Below, piece after piece: positions 25,320 to 44,203 of a stretch of 64,000 bases of DNA; within the stretch, counting starts at the first letter, position 1; each line of letters begins with the position of its first letter. This DNA comes from Bugula neritina (taxonomy: Eukaryota > Animalia > Bryozoa). Location: assembly GCA_964035545.1 (NCBI GenBank), contig OZ037770.1:14374642-14438641 (forward strand). The letters are read 5' to 3'. Under the pieces are notes generated by a model that was given only the letters and a program-made list of their open reading frames with translations, had not been told where the DNA came from and searched no databases. Made by a program: the position numbers and the translations under genes.

Positions 25320-26340
25320 ATTCTATTAGGTCTTTGCTAAGGTCAGGGCTGTATTTTTGTGAAGTGATTCAATTATAAGAGTTCTCTTTAGAGTTTAGGT
25401 AATTTCTAAAAGTAGACACGTAACATTAATTCAATTTAATGAATGGTGAGAAATAATAGGCCTAGTCACAAGTTCACGAAATAGTAAATGCAATAGATTA
25501 TATGTGTTTCGTTTTAAATGTGTAGAAAAAACTTTGACGCTACTTTTACTTTACTTACACTCACAGTCATCTTACAGTTAATGAGTTACACTTAGACTCA
25601 CTCTGTCTCTTAGTCTTACAGTTACTGTTACCGTTAGTGTTCGACTTCGTGTTACACTTAGTCTTACTTTTACTGTTAGTGTTGCTTTAACTCTTAGAGT
25701 AGGAGTTGGTCACTTACTAGTGATAATCAATTCATTGTTTTTATGTTCAGTTATTGACATTAGATTTTACAGTTCTGCATCGGTATTGTATTACTATTAA
25801 ATTTAATCTCAATATTTATATATTAAATTATTATTTTATCAATATCAATATAGATATGCTATTGGCATTGCTATGCTTATCATAATCATAGTTATTATCA
25901 TTATGATTATGATATTAAACATAGCAAAAGCATAGCTAAAGTCAAAATGAAATTGTATGAAATGCTATAATAATGATTAAGTCAGTAAGGGTTAGTATGA
26001 ATTCAGTATGTCTGTTTTCATACATTCCCATAGTCAAGTTTACTAAAAGTTGATCATATTTTGTATCAGAAACAAACAGTATTAGTATAGTTATACTTAT
26101 AGAATTTGATATGTGTATATTGTATCCCCATAGAGCTCAACATGAGGTTAGCTTTTATTATTTATACAACTTATATGTGAAAGTAATTTATATGCTTACT
26201 ATTACCATTGAATTAAATTTGTAAATAAAGAAAAATGAAAATCTTATCTTATCTTAAATTTTGCCAATTGTAATATTTTTTGCTAATCTCCTTTTGGAGT
26301 ACAGAACGTCTCTGTTTTAGTATAGTCAACAACTGCCATA

Positions 26341-29300
26341 ATGGCTTCAAACTCAACCAAGCCTAAAGGGTCAAATCAAGGCTTGAGGTAAGTCATGTGA
26401 CTTTAAATGGTGACTTTATGCCAATTACACTTTCTTTTTGTAGCTAAATTGTTATTTAATGAAATAATAGAGTGAATGATGTATTTGCTAGCTATTTCAA
26501 ATTAAATTTCTAACTATTTCAATTTCCGAAATTTGCTTTTGCTGGATACTGCTTAGTATTTATCCCAAGTTTGATTGTTACTATTTTTAGATATGAGTTA
26601 CAGAGACAGCATGTGGAAGAAGAACTCCGCCAAAGACAGTTGGCTGAAAAGTGTGCTCTAAATACAGTAACGACTCTGCTAGACTCTGAAATCTCGGAGT
26701 CTGATCTCATATCAGCTGTAAGTAGTCTAATTTTATGTAGGATCAAGATTGAGTGATCACACTTTTTTGCTACTTTGATAACTCTCTGCAAAGGCAATAT
26801 TTTCACTTTATTTACTCATAGGCTTGTTTTGCTATCAGGTTTATAAATATTTGGTTAGGAATTTTGTTTACTATTGACTTTTTTCTATTTACTCAAATCT
26901 TGTTTTCGGAGATTTATCAGTGCAACATAAATTAATTGAGAAGTTGTTGGTTTTTAATAAACAGTAATAAACTGTGCATTTATATAGTTACAGCACAGTG
27001 AACATCTCTAATACACACTACAAATTGTTTTGTGAAAATATTATGAAACTTTATTATTATATGAAGCCCACTAGGCTCAGCATTAAAAATTATTATGCAT
27101 TCATGTTTTATTTTTAGTTAAATAGAAGATTTTTAGGCTAGTTTATTATGGGATTCATAAACAATGCTCGAGTTCCTTGCTACTAAATATGATATTTGGG
27201 TAGGTACGGTATCTGACACCCCAGTACTATCGCGATGTGACTGAGGAGCGAGGCCTAACGCTGCTCTGTGGATATCCTATTTGTGGCAACAGAATAAAAC
27301 CTGTAAGTATATTGATTATATATTTCAATTGTTTTGTTTTGCACTGAGTATTTGGATGTTTTCATATCAATCATTTGGAAATACTGTGTGAAAAGTTTGT
27401 AAATTGAACTAAATTTGACACCAGTTAAGGGTATTATTATAATTTTTGTGTAGTAGAACTACATAATATTTTTTTTAATTTCACAGTAAGTGTACAATAA
27501 ATACACAGTCCTCTTAAAATATATATACAGTAAGTATACAGCGAACGTACACGAGTATAACGTTAGTATTTAATAAATATTCAGCATACCTTCTCTTATT
27601 CAAGACATGTTGTTACTGTATTATATCCTGTTACGTTGCCATGGTTACGCAGATCAACTATAAGCAGAAGTATCATATCTCAACTCAGACTAACAAAGTC
27701 TACGATGTCAGTGAAAGGAAATACTTCTGCTCTGCGACCTGCTACAAGGTAGGGTGTTGGTGTCGAATCTATGAGGTGTAGGGAAAGTGTCTATCTTGAC
27801 TTTTTTTAAAAATTTATAAAACATTTAAGCAGCTCATTTGAAGTCATTGTTGTCAGTTTGCTAGCCAACGTCAACATTGCTAATACCCTGTATTCAACTG
27901 TATCCTACCTGTATCTATCTGTACTCACCTGAAATATCCTGTATTTCCCTCTATTCCCCTGTATTCACCTTTATTTACCTGTATCACAGGCATCGAAATA
28001 CCTGGAGAATCAGGTCAGTGAGGAGCCGTTGTGGACAAGAGGAGATAACTTCACTTGTGTGGTCGAGTTCTTCCAATCACACAACTCCGCTGACATAAGT
28101 GACCAATCAGTGCTCATACACAAAGACACCGTCAGCATTGGTAATGCAACTCCCACTGACTGCTTGTGCTTTAGATCATCTGGTGGTAACATAGCTGTTA
28201 CATAATGCCCTACGAACTTTCTTTAAATAATACAATTTAATGGAATTATAATTTTATTGTGCCTTCAGTTTGTTTTTTTGCCATTTAACTTCCGACTTCA
28301 AAAAGTTAAATATTTGAATTTTTTTTGTAGTTTGTGTTTAGCTTTTATTTCGTATCCTATTGTAGCTTGTAGGCCATATTCTATATTTAGCTGTTATAAA
28401 CTCTGTTCTATTTTTAGATTCCAGTGCAGACGAAACAGGAGTTATTTCCCCTGAAGGAAGTGTAGGCAGTGCCGAAGAGGGTGTACATATAGCTGACAAG
28501 TTGGCAGGTAATTACTTGTTGTGTTGGCGACTTTTAGTTGAGTAAACTTTTCCTTTCGTGTTGTTTGTTATAGAGCACCTTAACTCAACAACAAACAACA
28601 TATGCCTGCTGTCAGCGTTTCCTACTGTGTACACTGATATTATATTACGTGATATGCAAAGCAATGTGATATGTGCTATAGAATAATATATTATGGCATG
28701 CTATATATGTGATAGGGTACAGAATATTACAGCATTGTATTGTATGATATGCCTTAGTGATGGTGCAAAGTTAAGAAGTGTTAACTCATATTGCCACTTC
28801 ACTATTCACTTCCATAAACTGCAAGATTAATTTTAGCTGATAGAAAAACTGTATTAAAAGCAAGAAAGTTGTCGAATACAACCTTCACACTCGGCCTCAG
28901 TTCCATATCTAGACTTGTGAGGGTTTGAGTTGTACTCAACCACGTCTCGGTTTTCTCTTCATTCAACAGCCTGCTCTATGACTCTATCAGACAGTGTCTA
29001 GTAAACATTGTATTTCAAACCTGATGACCCTTTTGTGTTTGTATCTCTCCAACAGACATGCTGTTAGAGGATAGACTGAGTGATGAGTCATCAGACGAAG
29101 AGTTATCCAATCAGAGTTCAGCCGAGTCTTTGCTGCGGAGTCGTAAAGATCAGAGATTGAATATCTCAGCTAAAAGTGTTCCTGAAAAGACGAACCACCC
29201 GGCGCAGCCAATGCTTCTCAGACAGAAGACTGATGGCAGCAGAGGAAGAAGTAGTGTTATACAGTCTAGTCTGGAGCTGTCTGACTCATCATCTGCCAGA

Positions 29301-32024
29301 CATTCTCCTAATTCATCTGCTAAACCATCTACCAATACGTCTGCTAAACGCCAACCCTTAGCCAATGTGTTTGCTACACACAAACAGTCTCTTAATATGT
29401 CTTCCATTGGTAAACCATCTACCAATACGTCTTCTATTCGCAGACAATCTACCGATACATCTGCTGCACTCAAACAATCTACCAATACATCTGCTATGGT
29501 TCAACCATCAACCAATACATATGCTAAACACAAACAGTCTACCAATACGTCTGCTGCACACAAACAGTCTACCAATACGTCTGTTGCACCCAAACAATCT
29601 ACCAATACGTCTGTAATGACTTTACATGAAAAGCAGAAGTTGGAAAAACTTAGGGCTAGGAATTCAGCTAAAAGTAATCAGTCTGTGATTCTGTTGGATG
29701 CTTGTCTCCCAGCCCCAGGCTCTGCGGGCCGGCACAGGAGTAACCCTATATCTAGTAATAATGAATCAGTTCAGGTAGGCTAAACCGGTCATATAGTGCA
29801 GACAACTTCTTATCTAGTACCTTTCTAGTATATCTTTTAAACCTTCATGTAATAGTAGTTTCTAGTTGTATTACAGTGTCCTTCCATATCTCACGGTTCT
29901 ATTTCTCATGAACTTCCATGGGCCCAATTTACCGGATCCATGAGTTAAATCTGGTATTCTAATATGTCATGAATTGAGCCTTCGAGACCAGCAGCTCAGT
30001 GAGATACGGAGAGAGCACTGTAATATAACTAGAAGCTAGTAATAGTTTAAAAAGTCAACAAAAGTTTTGTGATTTGCTAGAACTGTGAGACATCTCCCAT
30101 TGACCTCTTGTAATATATATGTGTAATATATTGGTAAGTACGTTAGAGGTTACTGAATCAGTTCTGTTTCTCCTCACTAGGTCTGTCTGAGTCGACTGAC
30201 ACAATGGTTCTCTGATGATACAAGGGAGCTGCTCTTTGCTGAAAAGAAACCAGAAACTGTTTCTATTTCTACGCCGTCTGATCAGAAGGTTTTTATTTGT
30301 TCCAGAACTTTCTAACTATCGGTTCTCAGACGACACACTGTATTGTGATGTGTCTATTAGTTTAAACCTTTTTATTAGGAGAGCTCATTGTTATCTAGAG
30401 AAGAAGTTGAGCTCACGCAGCCTAACAAAGAGTCTGTTGGAACGGCACGCAGGGGAATCGTCTTCCGGAATCTTCTAAAGAGGCATGTCTGAGTGTACTT
30501 ATTTTGTAACGGCAGTGGTTATTGGACAATGCTATACTATGTTTCGTAATGACAGTTGTAGTTGAGCAAAACTCTACTTCCTAAAATTAAGCTACAACAT
30601 ATAATGCAGCATAATATTATCCAATGAGACATGATATATGCTAATATATGATATACTATTATATGGAATATAATATGATGTAATATAAAAGGATAAGGAG
30701 TTATGTATATAATGGATTAACATGGAATTTTATATGATTTCATGCAACATGATAATATATTATATATATGGCATGGAATGATGAATATGGTATGCATATA
30801 CTGGTTGCGCCAGGTTCATGGTTTCACTACAAACTTCACTATTGATTTCACCTTGCAAAGTAGTTACTGCTCTAAATTAATAAAATGAATGACCAACTAT
30901 ATGAACAAACGTACTTGAATTTCTTGAGTTTTCAACCCTTTGTATTTAAACTCGGAGTTGTCAACTCTATATTATATTTTTGTAGCTGTGAAAAAGTGGG
31001 TAGCACTGTTCCGGAAAATGTTTTGAGTGGATTTAGAGATAAGCTGACCAAGTTGATCAAATCTTTCAGGTGACTTTTTACTTATTTTAAATTTTGTTAC
31101 ATTAAAATTTTATTAAACTTTTTCAATCACTGTGTTTCCATCATATTCATTATATGAATGGATTTTTCATTCTCCTAATGTAAACAGTTACATCAAGGAA
31201 ACCACAATGATGAGTTAATGCAAACCGCAACCATAAGTTAATCTGTATGATCATCCATTCGCATAACGCGAAGTCATGGAAACGCAGTGTATAATAAACA
31301 ATGTTATTCACGTTTTAATGTGTCCCTTTTTCACATCTTATGCTAAAATCATACTAAACAAAATGAACAGTTACCGTGTCGTGTACAGCGTTATTCAAGT
31401 ATTACTAATAGAAATGATCTCTACTTTGATGTCACTTAGGTTAAACAGTGAGAATATATCAGCCCACCCGATAGAGTGGAACATCATCACACTTGTTCTT
31501 TTAGCTTGGTAAGATTAATGCTGTCTGTGCACATCTATCTTATTTCAGTATTTTTACTGTGGGTAATAATAAAGTATTGAATATATTAGATAATATATTA
31601 GATAATAGATAAGTATAAAATCTGCTGCGTAAATGGATTCATATAAATTGTTGACATGGAATGCAATCATGTGAAAATAATGATACTAATAGTACAATCA
31701 CTATAAATAGATTTTTTAGAAGTGTTATTTATAACAAAAAGGCCAAGCAACAATTTCTGTAATAAAGCCATAATTATGTTCTACTGAGTTTTTGCCATTA
31801 TATATGTGTTTCGAAAATTTTATAACTTTATTGTATTTTTATATTATTGTTATATTTTATATTGTGGCGTAATGTCTTACTTTAGCTCCTACCATTCCGA
31901 GAAAGATGTTATGATGACAGTCGCAGAGGAAGTCTCTCAACTCACACACGGAAGTCACAAAGACAGCATTCAGCAACTCCACACTTTTATTAACAGACAG
32001 CAGTCTGGCTGCTTGGTCACATGA
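26341..32024 (+). CDS. RPAP2: RNA polymerase II-associated protein 2 (Rtr1/RPAP2 CTD phosphatase homolog), ~12 exons
   Basis: Exons 26341-26387, 26591-26717, 27204-27302, 27653-27748, 27990-28140 give [49 protein letters not shown] (Rtr1 zinc-finger domain); late exons give [27 protein letters not shown] (RPAP2 C-terminal motif). Middle exon boundaries approximate. Confidence 0.92.
29320..29615 (+). repeat. 30-bp coding tandem repeat ([10 protein letters not shown]-like) in the large RPAP2 exon
   Basis: CAAACARTCTACCAATACGTCTGCTGCAC-like units, ~10 degenerate copies, in frame. Confidence 0.85.
31128..31289. mobile_element. ~160-bp MITE in RPAP2 intron
   Basis: TIR CACTGTGTTTCCAT / ATGGAAACGCAGTG; homologous to 49226-49379 and 5525-5672. 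Confidence 0.75.
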
Positions 32025-32750
32025 CTCTAAACTAAGATGGCCTCAAGTTTTTTTTACTGACAATTGTTTGAAGTTTTGAAGTTCACAAACTATGAGCTAG
32101 AATGTATAATCTTACTCGCCGTTCAGTCACTACCCACAGGAGTAAACTAAGCTTTCTGCTTTCTTTTCAGATATAAATTTGTCACGAACTGACACTCAAA
32201 GTTGATCAAGTTAAGTGTCTGAAATATTATGCTTTTTAATCTTTTTATATAACATTTTCTTATCCTAAATCTAGTCTCTAATAGAGCCATTATGACATTA
32301 TAACATAATTATAACTCTTTTGTTCCTGTTGACAAAATATGTTATGCATGCAGTGTACATATAATGTATATACATGTTAATACAAGCACAGTATTTTATG
32401 CAAGCAGTTGTGACTGAAAAGCTGCATGTTTTTCTTGCTGAGATATCTTTTACTCTAGTTTTCATTATCAAATATATAATGTGTAGTATAGACAAATAAT
32501 GACGTCTGGTGGATACCTATTTTATTTTAATATGTGTTGAAAAATGAATGTATGTTTGATGTTTTAATAAATTCAATTGTCAGTTGAATAAAGTATAATA
32601 GAAATAGTGATCTCATAAAATAGTCAATTAATGTTGGACATTTTTTCATAAATTTATTTAATTCAAGAAAATAGCAGAAACATAATCATAATTTTAGGGA
32701 GTTGTAATACCATGTTTAAAAACGACTAGCTCGAAAAAAACAGCATAAAG

Positions 32751-32783
32751 CAATGAACTTGAAAAGTCATTTCTAGTTCAGTG
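32751..32783. mobile_element. 33-bp hairpin micro-element with perfect 8-bp TSD (GCATAAAG)
   Basis: CAATGAACTTGAAAAGTCATTTCTAGTTCAGTG flanked by GCATAAAG at 32743-32750 and 32784-32791; reverse complement aligns with 25286-25319. Confidence 0.72.
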
Positions 32784-33917
32784 GCATAAAGCATTTAAAT
32801 GTGTTTATTTTGCGTGGGATCAATTTTCCGCCGTAAATTTGTATAATGCTTTTGGGTCGTCGAACTAAACACCAAAATATTATTTTATCTTTCTACCAGG
32901 GTTAAAAACTAGAGTACACTTTAAGTTTATAGCTCATTAGCTGTGTTTTAAATTTGTAAATGTTGCTATTGTCTATTAGACATGTCGTAGCTGCAGGCCT
33001 ACGATTATGTAACAACTAACTAGTAATAATTAGCATTACTAGAAGTAGATTTAAAATCAATGTTCAACCTCATCTTGAAGTTCAACTTCATCATCATCAT
33101 CATGATCATCATCATGAGTTCGTGATCCTAAACTTAAAGTTAAAGTTAACCATAATGATAATTATAATCACGAACTAGCACTGTGAGTTATGACTATCAG
33201 TATACCATTACTGACACAGGACTTCACAGTTCACAATCACATTCGCTGTGATACTCTGAGTCTGATAGTCATAGTCAGTATCACTATCATAGTCATAGTG
33301 ACTATCACTATCAGTATCATAGGGATAGTGTCAGTGGTAGTCATTGTGATTGTCGCTCATTGTTAGTGTATTTGTATGACTCTAGGTATACCAATATTAA
33401 TATGAATGTGATTATCATTATGATTATGATACATTCACAATTATAGTGAGTTAATAATACTGCTACTATTACTTATACCAGTAGTATTAGACACTAGACA
33501 GTAATACTAATAGAGTAAAACTGAATGTAATATTAGTAACATCAGTGGATGATTATTTTTACTCAAATGTTTTAATACAATCATTTGCATTGATAGTTAG
33601 ATACGTAGTGACAGAGTTTGCACTGGCACTCATATTGATATTGACACTGTGAGTGTAACAGGCTCATTTTATTCAATCTATTGACAAGAGATTTCAAATT
33701 GTTTTTATGCTTTTAATTTCAGTGATAAACTTGTACGAAGTGTTGCATGTGTTTTCCTTTTTACTACCTTGTCTTATTTTATTATGATATATGCTCAAAC
33801 TTTCAACTTGTAGGTGTTCTAACTGCCTTTAGGTCTATGATGAGCTTGCCCTGTCATGACTACAAGTCATGACAACTATTCATTCTATATTAGACTGTAA
33901 TAGTTTAATGGTGGTCA

Positions 33918-40642
<6,725 letters not shown>

Positions 40643-41726
40643 TCAACTATTTCCTGGTGGCTAAAGCATGTTGTGTACACCTATACATGTTACTGCACAA
40701 TTTCTACTGGTTTTATACACCGAAAGAACAATTGAGATCTGTTTCAGAATCAGTCTTATATTTTTATACTAATTTCAAGCCCTTCTAGTGGTTTGTAACA
40801 GTTAATATTATGTAAGCTTGTTTTTTGTTTGTTGACTCTCCTTTACTGCTGGGGAAATACCCTTCTGTCCACTGGGGAGAACTCTAGCATCTATTCACTA
40901 TTTTGTTATGCAAATGTTTTTGTATTTTATCATATTTTAATATTGCAATAAATCGGTTGGCTACTGCAACTGTCAACAAAGACCAAGTAGCCAATAATAT
41001 GCAAGCTGTTGTAACCCCAAGAACTTGCAGGTGTGAATTAATGTTTTAGTAGTATTGTAGTAAAATATATCTATTCTAGTATTATATTTATATACATGTT
41101 GGCTGAATACAAGCTAGTAAGTAGAAATAACCATAATAACCATAATAACCGAGATCTTGTTTGGGAGATTTATATAGTATAAACAGTACCTGGTTAAAAG
41201 TAAAGCTAAATTCAGAATTAATGCATTATTAATTAGTTATACAACAGGACATTAACATGGTCAGATGGAACTGATTTTATCCTTAAAGCAATAGAATGGC
41301 ACGGGTTGAACTGACAAACTGTCAACTTTAGTTGTGAAATTAATGAATTAATGAGGTATGTTAATAGATCTCGTAACGCACTCTTGAATAATAAGTAAAA
41401 CTTTTTACAGCCATCCTTTCAAGGAACACACACAAAGTTGCTGTACTAAAGGCATAGTAGATACTTATAGTACACCATATTACAATAGAACTAATTGCAG
41501 ATTAAAACTTGCTAATATGCGACTTGCAAATATATGTCACTGATTTGATATCGGCAATAGAAAGATTGCAGGAAAAAGAAACAGTAGTATAAGTAATTTT
41601 GACATAGAAGCTGCAATGAGATAATGTATAAAAATATACACAAGTTGCTAAATGTGTTTGATTCTGATCATGAAAGAAAAAAAATAGACATGAGCGTGGT
41701 GCAAATTTACAGAGACTGGCCAGCAG

Positions 41727-43830
41727 TTAGACTTTATCCCTATAAGAAATACTGCCCTCTACAGGAGCGAAACTGTCCAGTACGTTTCGCCACGTCCATT
41801 TCATTGTAGGGATTTTTACGATAGAGTACTCATTACTGGTTGACTCTGCAGGGCCGTGAACCTTAGAGCAGTGATTATGATACGTTAGTAGCACTCGGCA
41901 CGGGTTTCTTACGGTAAACTTTAGCACATTCCGGAACGTCCATAACATACCTGCAACATCCAGCATGTAATTTCTTAGCAGCATATATTGATATAGTTTC
42001 ATTGAGTTTTGTACAAGTCTTAACCTGCCATTAATATATAACCACCACTGTCATTGGTCAAGACAAGATGTGCACCAGTATTTGATACATTGAAAGTCTA
42101 GCAGGGGTGGGCAACTTCTCCTGCATGAGGGCCAAGTTCAGAAGTGAGCCAAAACGAAGGGTCATATGATTGTACACATAGTATGATTTACCGTAATGAA
42201 GTAATTTGTCACCAAACCTATACTGTGCTAATCAGAATGCATATAACAGTTTTTAGTTAACTTAAGCATTAAAATGACCACTGAAAAATAGGCAAAGAGT
42301 CACAAGTGGCTGTGAGGCCCCAGTTGTCCACCCCTGGTCTAGCTTTTTACGTTTCAATAAGATTTGTAGCATCACTTCATACAGGTATGGCAAAACGACA
42401 TACACACAGGAGTTACCCTACCATTTTCTGCTTGCCACATGTTGATGGGATAGTCTAGCATCTTAAGAATTATCGTTTCATTGAGAGGAGCCGCCAGTCT
42501 GAATATATGTGTATCATGGGAACCTGTAAACCCGTATGTAGTATAATATCACCTTGGTATAGTATAATATCACCTTGGTATAGTATAATATCACCTTGGT
42601 ATATAGTATATCACCTTTGTAGAATACATAATATAGTACAGGTATAATATAATATGTAGTATTACAAGTATATATATTATATAGTACAGGTAGAGAATAT
42701 TATGTAGTACAGTTGAAGTATATATAATACAGGTATAGTATATATAGTACAGGTAGAATATAATATGTAGTATTACAAGTATATATATTATATAGTACAG
42801 GTAGAGAATATTATGTAGTACAGGTGAAGTATATATAGTACAGGTATAGTATATATAGCACAGGTATAGTATATATAGCACAGGTATAGTATATATAGTA
42901 CAGGTATAGTATATATAGTACAGGTATAGTATATATAGTACAGGTAAAGTATATATAGCACAGGTATAGTATATATAGCACAGGTATAGTATATATAGCA
43001 CAGGTATAGTATATATAGTACAGGTAAAGTATATATAGTACAGGTAAAGTATATATAGTACAGGTATAGTATATATAGTACAGGTATAGTATATGTAGTA
43101 CAGGTGAAGTATATATAGCACAGGTATAGTATATATAGTACAGGTGGAGTATATATAGCACAGGTAAAGTATATATAGCACAGGTATAGTATATATAGTA
43201 CAGGTATAGTATATATAGCACAGGTATAGTATATATAGTACAGGTGGAGTGTATATAGCACAGGTATAGTATATATAGCACAGGTATAGTATATATAGCA
43301 CAGGTATAGTATATATAGTACAGGTATAGTATATATAGTACAGGTAAAGTATATATAGCACAGGTGGAGTATATATAGCACAGGTATAGTATATATAGCA
43401 CAGGTATAGTATATATAGTACAGGTATAGTATATATAGCACAGGTAAAGTATATATAGTACAGGTATAGTATATATAGCACAGGTAAAGTATATATAGCA
43501 CAGGTGGAGTATATATAGTACAGGTATAGTATATATAGTACAGGTATAGTATATATAGCACAGGTATAGTATATATAGTACAGGTATAGTATATATAGCA
43601 CAGGTATAGTAGTACCTTTGTACTCCATATTAAGACACATGTTGAGGGTTGAGCATTTCCCATTTTCACTCTTGTTCACACCATGTCTGGTCAAAGAGAA
43701 TAACACCTTCTCGTCCCTCATCTTTTCTGTGTCGATGTACTCAAACCCATCCCCCAGCACTAAAAGCAGATATGTATGTATGTATATATATATACTACTG
43801 CTACTACTACTACTACCACTACTACTACAA

Positions 43831-43917
<87 letters not shown>

Positions 43918-44037
43918 GTACTACTACTACTACCACTACTACTACTACCACTACTACTACTACCACTACTACTACTACTACTACTACCACTACTACTACT
44001 ACCACTACTACTACTACTACTACTAGTACTACTACTA

Positions 44038-44070
<33 letters not shown>

Positions 44071-44164
44071 GTACTAGTACTACTACCACTACCACTACTA
44101 CTACTACTAATACTACTACTACTACTACTACCACTACTACTACCACTACCACTACCACTACTAC

Positions 44165-44203
<39 letters not shown>

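Larger units (their letters stand above)
21845..25555 (+). repeat. Right arm of inverted segmental duplication (partner 11130-14360)
   Basis: See left arm; homology continues about 1 kb beyond the LRR stop codon. Confidence 0.93.
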
